64,000 bases of DNA from Phallusia mammillata (GCA_965637545.1 OZ281500.1:12028001-12092000); one strand, 5' to 3'. Shown: positions 10,901 through 24,362, numbered from the stretch's first letter. Notes: generated by a model from the sequence alone, not told the origin. Program-made: numbers and translations.

Positions 10901-13900
10901 TGTACACTGTTACAAAAACGCTATGATCTCTCAGGAAAAAAAATATAATATGTTTAATTTTTAAAAGATTCGTGGAGTCACAGTTGTTAAAAAAAAGGCT
11001 GCATCAAAAAGCAGACCCGGCGAAAACACATCAATAAAAATGGCGGCCGTTTGTATGCAGTATTTTCGGGCAAGTTAGTTACGGTGAGTCCGATCGTTAG
11101 TCGTGAAAACCACCTTCCAATTACAGTAAATAATTTGGACCTTCTTTTCACCATTCGAACTGTATGGACAAATTGGAGCCGGTTATTAAAAAGTCGCATA
11201 GAATCGAACAAACAACACTTGATGAAAGCTCAGTTTCCCACGGAAATTAATGTGTGTTTAACATTATATCAATGTCGAATTTGATCAACCACAGTCAATT
11301 CGTGGCAACTAATTACGACACACGGTAGCCGCAATCCGACTGTCCGTTATTTGGCTACTTCGTCAAGTCATTATATACAGTGCGTGAAGCAATAAGCACG
11401 TGTCCCTTAACACGAAATCAAACACCAACTCAAGTGCAGTTGTCTGTCTGCTGATGTTTCCCTGCTCAGGTGGCTTTGTTTGCGAAGGTGCGCTAGTAGC
11501 TGGGCTGTTTGCTAGGACCGAGGACGACGCCCTGTCCTTTCTACGCGTTCGCTTGGGGCTCCTGGCCGTGGATGCGACGTGCATCGGTCGTGCGACTTGC
11601 GCGCGCTAGGAGGCAGATGGGAGACGGGCGTCGTAAGGACAGGTGATAGATAAAACTGCTTTGTACCAACGCGGCGAGAGTATTTATGAGTGAACTCTGT
11701 GTACTTTTAATCCCACCCCCTACGTCCTCATGGCAGCCCCAACGTTTTCGAATTGTTGAACTCTCATCGGGCGAGCTTTCGCGCTTAAGGGTAGTTATAG
11801 TTTAACTAAGAATTCTCCCGACTGTGCACATTACAATTAATCATTAACGGCGCCGTTTTTCAAAAAATACGCCTTGAAGGTTAACTGTGGTTAAATATCG
11901 AGTGTCACACAATAGGTCTATTCGGCAAACGAAACCTAGATTCCTGAGTGTTAGGGTTGTGGATTTGGTTCGATTTATCACTGTTTTGGTTGGCCTGTGT
12001 GTTTTGTTTCAATAAACCGAGCACAATTCCGACCCTAACAGTCAAAAGTTACCTTAGGTTGCAAAGGATAAAACATGCCGCAAAAGGTTGGCAACTGCTG
12101 CCTTATACGATGTCGAAATTGTTTTTATTTGGACTTTAACCGTTTTGCACTATTTCCAAAATTATATGACCTGTTTCTGCAAGCGTTTCACTAGAAAAGT
12201 ATGTAGTAAAAAGTTGTGGAATATATTGGGCTGTTGTGACATCTAACGAACTGCCGGGCCATTTGTCAAAGCCTTTAATTCGTGGAGTGGCCAAGGGGCA
12301 ATCACAACGCGCGTAATGTGCCAAGATGGATCAGGGTCGCGACACGGAACACGCAGTTCAGCGCTAAGCCATCCTGTAAGGCATCGGACAGTTTTGTTGA
12401 CTGTGGGATTAGGGGACACGCGTAGGCTCGTGCCGGGAAAAGGAGGCCACCCAACGCGCTCTAAAATCTACCAAATAAATAAACATACGCCGAAAACTAT
12501 AGGGGATAACGCTCGAACCGGCGTAACGCGCAACCGTTTAGCAATTGAATAATGCGTGAAGCTGTAGGGATTATGTTCCCATTTCTGAGCAATTTTCGGA
12601 TACAAAAGCGACAGGTACATCTGTTTCTTGCTACCGATCTTACACCGGGCACTGGCGGGGCCTAATATGCAGGATATTGATAACAGGTGCTCCATCTTAT
12701 TGCAGAAATACAATAACCAACACAGGTGGTGCTGCAAAACGTTTTACTGTACAACATGAATGGCAAACAGTAAGCAACACGAAAATTGTTGATGCATACG
12801 CATGCGAATACACAAACAAACACATTTCCGATGCACCACGAAACTGGCACTTATTTGAAAAAAATCGCGCAGATTTTTTATACTCAATGACACCAAACCA
12901 GAGCCGTGAAAAAGGGAACATTAATGTCGTCGCGTGGCCGGTCGATTAAATAAGCAAGAGCGGTTGGGCTGGGCAAACAAGGTTGTCGGCGAATTCGGCT
13001 GCCCGATGAAAAACACAAGACCTTGTAGAGGCCGTCTGCTTCTGATTGTGTAAACGATAACAATAGTGCAATGAGGCTACATTGCTTCCACAGGTCAAAG
13101 TGAATGATTAACAAACGAAGGGAGTGTTTTCAGAATCAACTAAGATTACGTTCAAACAAATTCAAGATAATGAGCTTTGAGTCAAAAGCGTGACTGAAAA
13201 GTTAAAAACGTACAACTCACATTATTTGGGTTAATTCCTGGTTCTTTTAATTTTTTATAGGGTGCGCGGACAATGAAATTGTTTGGCTGGCGCCGCGCGA
13301 CCCTCTCTCGAATCACCATTATTATACCTGTCGCCTTGCAGCATCATCTATCACAAGATTAAAGCGGTGTTGATGAATGCCGCCGATCTACGTAGCCATT
13401 GTGGCCAGTTGAGCAGCAATCAAGGTACTGACCCTTCAATCGCCGTTGTGGACAGTGGCGCGTTATCTCAAATGCGATAAACAGTGACGCTTCGGTTTTA
13501 CAGTGATTTGACAGGAACAAATGACGAGGCCACACCCAGCGAGTAAACGCGATCGGCTCTGATTTATTACGCACAACACCAAATTGCACTGCGGTGGATG
13601 CTTACAGGCTGCTGCTTCGCCAAACGATTTGAACAAATTTAAAAAAATGTGCACACTCCGGGCACGATAAATCAAGGCTTGTGTCAACACAGCTATCAAA
13701 TATATATGAAAACCCATCTGTTCCTTTGGCTGATAATATTTAATTTGCCATTCGGTACGTTTGTTATCCTAAACCCAAAGTGCCGTAGCCATAGGCCAGT
13801 TAAAGATGGACAGTAAGTTTTTCACTGACCCGAGGTGTAATGTCGCTAATTTGGACCATTACTTTTGATGACCGCGGAGCCCAAATGTGTTGCGTTTCGG

Positions 13901-16900
13901 AAAATGATTGTCAATTGACCCTTTAATGCGTACGTGACGTCACCGCGACGCCATACATGTTATTAATAAACTCTATCATATACAGTTCGGCGACGAAACT
14001 TTATCGCAACGTAATTTTTCGGGTTTATCGGCGTCGTGTCAACACTCCAGCGCCAGGAGACGTGAGCATTGTGTTTGCATTCCACTGCGGCTTTCCAATG
14101 TAAGTGACCTCGTGGCGTCAGATGCACATGCCGACAAACACGGTGTAACAGCACGATACTTTTCTTATCTAAACTTTGATTAAGGCACACACTAAGGCAG
14201 ACAATGGAACTTTGTAAACTGCTTGTTTCGTCCATTTTTGTTGGCGGCAATTGTTTGTGCACTAAAACGCAGCAAGTACTTTATCGCAGGATTGTATCTA
14301 TTTTTAAACTAGCACCCCCCAAGCAAGCTTAAAAAATTGTCTAATTACGAAGCATTTTGTTTTACGATCCACATGAATGAGAATCTAACACCTACAGGCA
14401 ATGAATTTTGCTTAGAATTCTACATAAATAAGCATAACGACTAACTTGACAAATATTTTAAAGCATTTCAATAACAAACAAAATGTTAGACTTGTATTTT
14501 TTGATAACTGGAAGCTTGTTGCTGCTCCAAACTTTCTTCGAGAAAAACAATAAAATTTGTACCAGGATTTTTGTTCAAAAAAGCGTAAAATGCATGGGCG
14601 ATGATATCTTTGGACGCTACAGCTCGAAATTTAATCCACGGCCATAAGGCGATGCAGTCAATTGACTTCGTAGATCATATCGCTCAAATTCGGCGCGCGT
14701 CGTTAAGTATGAAAGTGATGCAGTTAACTGACCAGCGCGTTGATAATTACCGATCGTAAACTGGTAACAAAGAACTGAATAGAGCGAACGATGACATAAT
14801 ATGTCAGGCCGATAAGTTAATGCGAAGTGATAAATTATTTGATAAATATCTATAACCCAGGTGTCATATTGCAGTACAAGTGGGATTTGCAAGCAACTGC
14901 GCAGAAAAAATTCAGATGCACTTAAAATTTAAGTGATTAGATCTATAGCGGAAGGGGTCAAACTATTTCCAGGTCAAACAATTGTTCGAGATAAGTTGCA
15001 AAAGGAAGTGTTGTACACCAAAACTAAAACGGTTCACATAAATGTACTTAATGCAAACCATCTACCTTATCTCAATATTTAACCGAAACTTTAGTGCGAT
15101 AACGACGTAAAGATGAAACCAATAAAGTCAATACATTTTCAGTAGGTATGGAAATTGAGGTAAAAACTTATTTTCCTTGTCAAAATAAAAAACAACAACT
15201 CTATAGACGTAATAATTTTTACCTGTTTTAATTCTACTTGCAATTTATGTAGCCGATGGAGCTGTATTAACAAAATATCAACAAACAATTGTGGGCGAAT
15301 TACCAGTCGATCCCATTCGTGTATGCACAATCTGATTACCGTCATAATCTCAAGGGTTTTACTTCGTCGTAATCTCCGAAATCCATTATTTGTGTAAGAA
15401 AACGAAGTGTGCGTCGGATTTAAACGTGCACGCGAGGCTAGTAGCAACTTTCTAAGTGGCAAGTTGTTTTGTTAAAAAATGCAATCCCTAAATACTGTCT
15501 GATTACGCAGTTCTCGTTTTGTATGATCAAGTGGCGATCACAAATTGGATTATAGCGGTGCCAATTTTTTTCTTGCAATTGCACAGAACTTGTCACGTGA
15601 CCAATTTCGAATGTTTAACCTTTAACCTGTGCGCGCGTCATGGGAAATTTAAAGTTGCGTTTGGTAGGTCACGCCCATGAAAATTGTCTTACGTTATGAT
15701 TCGTGGTAAAGGGACGGTGATCAGTAATACCCCCCAAGTCGGTCCATGGAAATTTTCAAAATAGAATAATTTGAAGCATGTAAGTTTGATTTCTGGTAAA
15801 CATCGGGATATTTGTGTGTGTGTTTAATTTCAATTATGCTTGACCATTTTTTTACCATGTCTTTTGAACGACTGATATCATCAGCTTGAAGAAACCGCAA
15901 CAATTTAAGAATAATATTTGGATTGACAACAAAACACTAGCTAATAACACTTTGCTTTAACAGGGAATTTGTAAAGTAAAAATATGATTCGGTAATAGAA
16001 GATTTGCACCTGGCGAAAATAGGCGTCCAATACATGTAAATATAACACGTGACTTGCAAAAGTTGATCAATTATTCATGTTTATTAGGTTTCGACAAACT
16101 TGTAGCGTCAAAGTCGCTGGGCGGACATCCGACTTAACTCGCATCAAAATAAGTGATCCTAAAATGTTATTTGCTGCACAAACAAGTCATCCGGTTTCAG
16201 AGCCGTAATGCGTTGCGTTTTAGGCGATTATAACCAACCACTTTGCAAAATTGTTTTGCTATCAGGATTTGTGGTTGTACAAGACCTATTACACATTCCA
16301 AAGACGGATGGTTGCATGTGTGTACATCATTATTCGAGCAAAAACATGAGTTTTAAATCTTCGCTTTCGAATGAGTCTGCGTCCTTTTTCTTCGGTAACC
16401 GTTTTTGAACTTTGTTGTCTTTGAACAACTAACCTTACCAGATGAAAGAGTTAATTTAACATTAATTGCTATCCAAAACAGAATCAAACACAGTTATGGT
16501 TGACAATAAATGAGTGATAAACGAGACCGGCGACGGTTGGAGACAAACTGCTTCTCGCTAAGTATTGTGTTGCCGTTTTACTGCATCAGTTGTGTAAGTT
16601 TAGAAGTCCATCACGATCGTAAAGCTGATTTTCGTCCACGCACACTGACTTGGTTAGGATCCACCAAATTACACAACAAAATATAACAACTGCCTTCAAT
16701 ATTTTGCAGACAATAAGTTAAAAAAAAACAATATTGTAGGAATAACCTAATCACATTCCGAACTATAGAAACTATGGAAAGCGCAAACCTATGGTCGTAT
16801 CCAAACATTTCTGTAAATAGATAATGGCCGCATTTACAAACACCATAAATCTTAGGCCACCCACAAACCTGAAAGCAATTGAGAAAGCAATTGAGGTCAT

Positions 16901-17191
16901 AAACAAATGTTATTTTGGGTTCAATAAACGTTTCCGCCTGAATTTTCTTACACAAAATCGTCTAAAATAACACGCGTTCAAGGTAAGAGCCCGCCCTATT
17001 GATCATCATTTTAGCGGTCAGCAGCGAACACGCTAGAGTTCTCTCGTGCAAAAACGGGTTTACCCAATATCTTTAATGTAAACTTTGCAAATATTTGATG
17101 CAACGTCAGATTGCTGTTCAAAAACTGCACAAGAAGCGCGGGAGTGACGACGAAAGAGAAGAAACGATTTCTTGCAAAAATGTTCACCCGA

Positions 17192-17270
17192 GGCACGTGT
17201 CAGGCGCAAGATTCCCGTCATAACCAATCAGAAGCGAGCGGTCCGATGGTATAAAAGGGAGGCACGCGAC
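17192..17270 (+). promoter_or_regulatory. Core promoter of the achaete-scute gene: CCAAT box, TATA box and two Hes/E(spl)-type sites
   Basis: GGCACGTGTC at 17192-17201, CCAAT at 17224-17228, TATAAAA at 17250-17256 and GGCACGCGAC at 17261-17270, about 330 bp upstream of the likely ATG. Confidence 0.7.
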
Positions 17271-17598
17271 TGGCATGTGACTCGCTCGCGACAAGTGCCA
17301 CAGTTGCAGGATCGAATTCGACGAGCGAGCTCCCTACCATTTCGCAGGTTAAAAGTCGATTTAGACAAAAAGTTTGCGCGTAGAAAAAGTTTTTATAAAA
17401 GCAATAAACGTTGTAAGAGTTTTAACGTGTAAAATGTGTAGCAAACTAACTGTGTTTCTGGGATGATGTTCAGGAATTGCGAGGTGATTGGCGTATGTGT
17501 GTACTAACAGTGAACGAAATTGACTTTCAGTCTGTTATCAGCGATATGTTTTGTTGATCATTTGTATGTGTATATTACAGATTTTGAATTTTTTTTTG

Positions 17599-19365
17599 AT
17601 GGTGGTTGCGGCTGTAAAGTGCAAAAGTAAAATTTTAAACCCACGACAAATGACGAAGGATAGCAATATGGCGTCACTCCACGCATCTGCCAGTGAACAG
17701 AACATGTTTCAAGTTGCCTACGATAAAACATGGAAGGCTCAAGAGTGCACAAACAAACAGCAAAGCAACGGTGCGCTGACCACCTACACTCTGCACATTA
17801 AGAACGATTCGATCACAGCCACCCCGGAACCACTGACAGAGGTCCGCCGAGGGGGCGGTGTCGCAGGGAAAAATCCTTCCAGCGTTGCCAGACGGAATGC
17901 CCGCGAACGCCGGCGAATTCGAAACGTGAACAGCGCCTTCGATGAACTTCGGCAACATGTGCCGAACGGCGAACGGAACCGCAAAAAGATTAGCAAGGTA
18001 TTTTCGAGAGACCTAACCCAAAAATCTAAGGCGTTTGTACATGTATCTCATTTTTTAGGCTACTTTATACAAGTGGCCTACGTTTTGTTACAAAGCTTTT
18101 TAAAACTAGTCGTACTGTAATCGACTGTCTTAGCACATCGCTTTGACACGAAATTAATCAAACACTAATATACGAACATTTCTTTGTTTACACAGGTAGA
18201 CACGTTGCAGTCCGCGATTGAATACATCAAAGCGCTGGAAGAACTTGTCCAAAACCGACGCTCAAAAACAACAGCCGCAGCTGAAGCCGAAGCCAGCAAG
18301 GAAAACGCGCCAAAGCTGAACAAATGCACCAAGCGAAACGAACAATCGCCATCGCCCCCTGACACACCTGAACACCGGAATAATGGCTCCGATTGCGATG
18401 ACGTTATTTTTGTAAAAGAACTCAGCAATTTTGCCGAATCCCCAGCGCCAAACAATGAGCAAAAATCGGCAATGGAAAGCAGTGGTAAAAAGGTTCAACG
18501 CCCAGCAGCACTCACCGAATCCATGCTTAAAGCTTTCGACGTTATGCTTCAAAAGTGTGCTTCCGAGAGAAAGGCGTCTGCTTCGCGTCCCGAGTCGGTT
18601 CAGACTCTTGACAATGCTGAAGAACAAACAAAAAATCCGTGCCAAGACACTAGCGCTACGAGCAACTTCCATACGGACAACTGTCACCCCGATATCCAGC
18701 CAAAACGAAGCGACAGCGGTTTTTCCGAGCTTTTCGAAGACCAGGGCGATACCAGCAGCGAAAGCTCTTTTCGGCCTCGCCAGTCTTCCTTAGAACTAGA
18801 TCAAAGCCCACCTAGCATGGATTTTGTTGCGTCACCAATTCACAGTGAAACTTTACAAGCAACCGTTGCTGAAACATCAGTTGGAGGGTTCTTGCAGCAA
18901 CTTGAAGATTTCACGCCGTCGTTTGAACAAATCAACACACCAAACAGCCAAGTATCAACATTTGAGGACGCTCAGTTACCCGACGAATGGCAAAAGCCTT
19001 TAGGCCGATTTCAGCAGTTTTATCCTGAAGCCATTGCTGAAAATTGCCCAGCACCACAGATAAACTACTTACCGTTGCCCGCAAGCAATGCTAACTGGCC
19101 AAACGGCGTACAGGAAATGGAACATCAAAATTTTCATGAACCCTTTGATGTTCAAACCGTATCCGTGCCGAGTGGCCTTGACCAAATCAATCCAACTCTG
19201 GACTTTTTTCCCGGTCCTGACAGCAACAACAACTATTCCTTTGTTGAGACTACACCAACATTTATGAACATGAACGCCAACCAAGGCTGCGAACAACCGA
19301 CATTCAGCCAATCGCTTTTCTCCGCTCGAGGAGTGGATGAGAGTTTTGCTGTCGCGCAGTGGTAA
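17599..19365 (+). CDS. ASCL: Achaete-scute family proneural bHLH transcription factor (about 522 aa)
   Basis: Exons 17599-17997 and 18196-19365. The spliced bHLH reads SVARRNARERRRIRNVNSAFDELRQHVPNGERNRKKISK|VDTLQSAIEYIKALEEL, matching ASCL1 AVARRNERERNRVK...HVPNG...KKMSKVETLRSAVEYI. It ends in an acidic/aromatic tail with a terminal Trp. The start could be 17599 or 17650. The paralogue is not assignable. Confidence 0.92.
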
Positions 19366-19518
19366 TGCCTAAACCACGCTTTTTTACGCTTTTACCATTT
19401 TCCTTTGTTATACCACACAATCATAAAAGCTTGATAATCCAACAATCATTTGTAGTTTAGTTTACCAAGTGCCTATCTGCCATCCATGCGCAACAACTTC
19501 CAAATATACAAGTTGACA

Positions 19519-19655
19519 CACTGCCTTAACCATGCTGCCGTACTGCTGTCCTAAAGTTTCTAATATTATCACTGCCAACCTTGTGCGTACTAACTTTTTT
19601 CTTTGCTCTAGTGCCTAAATCGTTAAGTCGTCTCATGAGACAAACGTCACTGCCA
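19519..19655 (+). promoter_or_regulatory. Cluster of miR-34/449 seed matches in the Ascl 3' UTR
   Basis: CACTGCC 19519-19525, CACTGCCA 19570-19577 and CACTGCCA 19648-19655, with an overlapping miR-124 7mer-A1 match TGCCTTA at 19522-19528. Confidence 0.55.
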
Positions 19656-22045
19656 ACAAAACGTACATGTTTGAGATCGTTTTAATTTATCGCGTGCGTA
19701 CTGTCCATTTATGTCAGCAATGAAATCAAATAAGAATTTATTTTGTCTATTGCAAGGAAATTTACAACCAGAAGCCTGCATGGACGTGTTGTTTTAGGTT
19801 TATGCTATTGAAACATATAGCTATAATTTCCATTTACCGCCGTTCGTTTTCTTTGATTCTAAGTTTTGTGTCCGGGCGTTTACTTGCTTTGCGCTAAATA
19901 AATTCACAAATAAATCGATAAAAAAGTTTTATGGGTTTAAACGGTGTTTTAATCAAAAGTACAGATGAACATTTTGCGCTAATGGTATATGTTTGTCGTT
20001 CAGCAAATTATCCAATTGCGACGAACTGTTTATTTGTGGGATAGTTCACCTAGGCGCGAAACATCACAACACGTTCACGGTACAAAAGAGTGAACGCTGT
20101 TTATTTAGTCCTTTGCCATTCAGCAGCTCAAAACAAGTGTCGCGTGCGCTTGGGCACACATCGTTCGAAATCTTTTCGGGGCAATGATGTGCCCTTAAAC
20201 CGGTCAAATAATCGACTGGAATTTCGTACAACAATACGTCAAACCACTAATTCAATAACTAGCGAAAACATATCTCACATTAGGCTTTTGTGCGTGTCCA
20301 ATCTACGTTTTTGTGAAGACCAACAAAACGCTTCCGAATCTGTAGATCGGCTATTATTTTTGTGGTTTACTTTTCGTGCAGATACCGTTAGCAAATATAT
20401 TAGTCACGTTTTGTTTAACAGCGATGAATCGTTGTGTGGAAATCTTTTAGCCTGGCATTGTACTGCCGCGGTGAGGTTTGTCGTGAAAAGTGATTTCAGG
20501 GTTAGCAAGCCATTCCGGCCTTGCGCGTGCAAATATTGAAGTTTCACTTCTCGATATCATCGATTGGCGATGGGCCGATCTTGGACAAATTGCAGCTAGA
20601 AGTAAGTCGTGACTAAAATCGACAGCCTGTCCAGTATCGAGTTAACAAAAGATGGGGGATAATTTCCGTATGAGGCGAACTAATGCTTTTGTGAACCCCA
20701 AAAGAAGTTTATGGGCCACGATAAGTTTTTGAGTATAGCGGGGACGTAAAAGTTAAAAGGCAAAAAATGTATGTTTTTTGTTGTAATTAGTATGTATGTA
20801 AATATGTATGCTACTATAAGAGAAATTCGGCATCCAATTCTACAGTTTGGAACTGGTTGTAGGATAATTTGAGTCAACACTCCAATTTACCATACATTAA
20901 CGTAGCAGAAATGATGACAGGGAGCAGAAAAAAGAAAATCTTACGTAGGTCTGACGGTAGGACAGGTGGACGGCGGGCTTCGCGAAATCGATAGAAAATA
21001 GATTAATGTTCGCGATATTGATGGTCAAACAACGCGGGGTGTTCGAGTAAAAACGCAAGTGGGTTAAGTTGTCGAAAGCAACGTATGGTAACGAAACAAA
21101 TGGTTTAATATTTCAAAGCATCAGAGCAAAAATTGAATAATGTGTAAATCAAAGCCAATTGGTATGGAAAGATTTTTTTTGTTTTCGCAAAACCAACCAA
21201 GTTTTATTTTTCCGAGAATGTTTATAATTTTTTTTTAATGTTTCGTGTCACGTTCGCTGTTTTATGAAATAGTGTGAAATGGCGTGTGTTTTCAATGTAA
21301 ACAATCAATTTATGTAAAAAACGAAACGATGTTTCAATGTACTTTGTTTGTGTATATCGACGTAAAATTTGTTTACGTCAACGTATTGTTACTTCATCGA
21401 ACATGTAAAGAGTTATAACCTAGAAGAGATCACGTCGTAAACACTCGACTTCATTAAAATGCGGATTTCGATTGCTTGGCGATATTTCAAGAATCATCAA
21501 GAATCCCGGTATTCAAATATTCACACGCCTTCTATTTCTTGCTCCTGTCTGTTTGCAAAACTTTACATCGGCCCCATACGACGCTACCGTTTATTTGTTT
21601 TCGTTGTACGCGGCGCGCACTGGGAAATTTAATGCGCTATTGTCTGCTATGTTACACTAATCTGCTGATTGGGGGTAGATTCATCTCGTCCAAGATGTTT
21701 ACTTAATCCAAAAGCAACGTTGTTCGCATCAAGCGTTTTGTTTTTGCAAACAAGATTCGGTGTTACGAGCAGATGTTTCGTTTGGTAATTAAAAGTTCAT
21801 GATTCTAAATGTCTATGAGAGAAGTACTGATTTGTTTAGTTAATATGTTTCAAAACGTTCCAAACAACTAAGTTAAATTGGCGATTTTAAAAGAGACATG
21901 TACTTCTTGTACCCATTGGCCAACATATTTGGCCTCTCTGTTAGTTCATATAAGCTAGCCCATCCCAAAGTGGGGTCCGCGAAACGATTTCTGATGAACC
22001 CGATGAGCTTAAGTTTTTCTAGAATCTAACTGTGTATTTTCATTA

Positions 22046-22284
22046 CACTGGTTCTCAACCTTTTTTTACTTTGCGGCCCCATTTAGAGTCTATTCAGAAT
22101 AGCGTGACCCTCGTTCGTACTACATGCAGTATCGCAAGAAACAATCATATGCGTATATGTGCGACCAGACGTCAATGCGACAGTCAGCCTTTTTGCTTTG
22201 AAGACAACTGTTTAACTCGCAGTTATGTGTGGATTTACTTCTGGTATAATTAAATTATCTTCGACACCAGGTTGAGAAACTTTG
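22046..22284. mobile_element. Decayed hAT-type MITE
   Basis: Ends CACTGGTTCTCAACC / GGTTGAGAAACTTTG resemble the CAGTGGTTCTCAA family. No clean TSD. Confidence 0.4.
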
Positions 22285-22951
22285 TATTACCAGTTTGTGC
22301 TGCTGGATAAAGGTAAATTTGTACATGTAAATGACTTTCCTGTGATGAGATATGGTTCTAATTCCGTGAAAAGTGACAAAAGAAGGGAATTGTTTGCGCA
22401 CGGTTGTTATGGTTTTAGTCTTGATTGTGACGAAACAAACTTCCAATAATTTATTCGAGCCCCCCAAAAAACTAGATCATTGTTATGGTTATCCTCTCTT
22501 GTTTTTGTCAATTTTTTTTATCATGGATTAAATTATCCTTATTGTCGAATAAGGGTTGCGTTTCGCTAAGATATTTATTCAGCTTGGGATGTGAGTGCTA
22601 CCAAGAGGCCGATATAATTAAAAAGTTTGGAAACCCCCGAGTTAACCACTTTATTCAAGAAATCCCCAGAAAAGATATGAAATCACACCTGTTTGAAGAG
22701 ACAAGATCCAATGTGTAATATTTAACTTCAAAGTTAAAAAATTGACACCCTTTAAAATATTTTTCAACTACAGCTAGTGAACAAACTATTTTGAATTACA
22801 AAATAAAAGTTTGTTACTTTCAACAATTTTCAAAAACCTTTAGTAAATTGTCCAAGCGTTTGCAGATATTTATCGCGTTGATAAGGCAAAGCAATGGACG
22901 ATTCAAGTACAAGTTTGATTATGTTTCCTTTAAGTTATTTTTGCTTTTTTT

Positions 22952-23052
22952 CACGGGGTTCGAACCCAGGACACTCCCGGGGACGAATCCCGATCAAAGT
23001 TTTTTGTGTCTGTATATGGGTCAGGCGCGCCAGGCCATTCGGCCAAGTTCCT
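22952..23052 (-). pseudogene. tRNA-like sequence (pseudo-tRNA or SINE head) with intron-like insert
   Basis: On the minus strand: A box TGGCCGAATGG, anticodon stem CCTGA/TCGGG around CC-CAT-A plus a 20-nt insert plus A, a long variable arm, and B box GGTTCGAACCC. The 3' acceptor strand is replaced by an A-run, so it is not an intact tRNA. Confidence 0.5.
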
Positions 23053-24362
23053 GCTCTGCTATATTTTTGCGTCGTTTTCGGGAATGTAAATGTCCTAATC
23101 ACGACATCTAGCGGATTGTGATAATTCAAAAACTTTCTTTGAGCGATAACGCAATAGTCTAGCTGGTAGGCTAGCTACTGCTAGTTTGTACAACTTCTTA
23201 AACTGACAAATAAATTCTTACATTGGTATAAAGCTTTAAAACTTAGCAGATAACCTATCGTATAAATCGGATTTCAAGCTAAATTGTGACTATTCATAAA
23301 ATTGTCTTGTTTTGTGCAGAAAAAAATCATAAAAAAGTATTTTTAAAGAATTAAAACATCTTCTTTTACCGTTTTTGAGCTAGTTGTGAGATGCATTTAC
23401 ATAGTCTGCAATGGCTTTTACTCATATCCTAAAACACTAGATGCAAAACCATATCCAAAGTTTGCAATACCAGAAGATGAGCACTGTATTGGAGCAAGTG
23501 AAAACAAGAACAGTATACAATCATACTCACATACGGGAATATAAGAAACTGCAAAAAACAGTGTGCACGTACAGGTAAAGCAAACTACAGAAACAAATCG
23601 TTTTGCTCTAAACGTAAATCCTTTGCCTTATGCGTCAAAAAAGAAAGCAGTAATATTCAGTGCACCAACGATTGTAACCGTTCTACTGTGTACTGAAAAC
23701 AAATTATTTGAACGAAATTGGCCAAACCGAGAAAATACCCAAGTACTTGGTGTCGAACATCACCGTTTGATGCTCGTTCTACTAATTGCATCAGTTACCT
23801 AATATATCCTACCAAGTACAGAGCAGTAACAAAAGTTGTGAAGCGGTAATCAGAACGTTTTGACAGCCTTTACTCTGTGTAGTGCAAAGCTGCAAAAAAC
23901 CGCCACTCCCGACGCGAGCACACCAACTTATCATAAACAAACAACATGTAGACCTACATTTGTTCTAGTGTGAATTACAAGTAAAAAGCAATGCAATACA
24001 GGCATAGTGGCCAGTGGTATAGACAGAATAACTTTAGGAAGGGTGCAAAAATGTTTTGTTGGTATAAATACAAGTTGGTTAAAAACACCATATTTTTATT
24101 TCACGATGAAAAGTTTCATTGCATCATAAATGCTTGTGAGAGTAAGGTCATTAACTTTAATGCAGACTTTAAAATTTGGAGTTTATGAAGTCCTGATTTA
24201 GCAGAATACTTGCAATGTCATAACATGTGTATTATGTACATTACGCAGAAGAAAAATGGCAGCATCGTTGCTAAAAAAACAGCACAAAATAATAAAAGCA
24301 ATACACACAAACCATAAAAAGCAATTGCACAGTAAAAGAAATGTGAAAGCAAATAGGCAGCA

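Noticed and set aside
11235-11242. Su(H)/RBPJ site TTCCCACG upstream of Ascl
   Set aside because: A single 8-mer in 10 kb is within chance and it is not paired.
8000-17100. Many 60-120 aa ORFs in the Ascl upstream region
   Set aside because: Mostly non-ATG starts, no recognisable domains and no consistent splice chain. The region is more likely regulatory DNA.
23430-23950. Splice-like signals on the minus strand downstream of MPV17 (18-nt micro-exon 23548-23531), suggesting a third cistron
   Set aside because: The implied intron is 47 nt, shorter than any confirmed here (minimum about 58), and no frame gives a recognisable or continuous protein.
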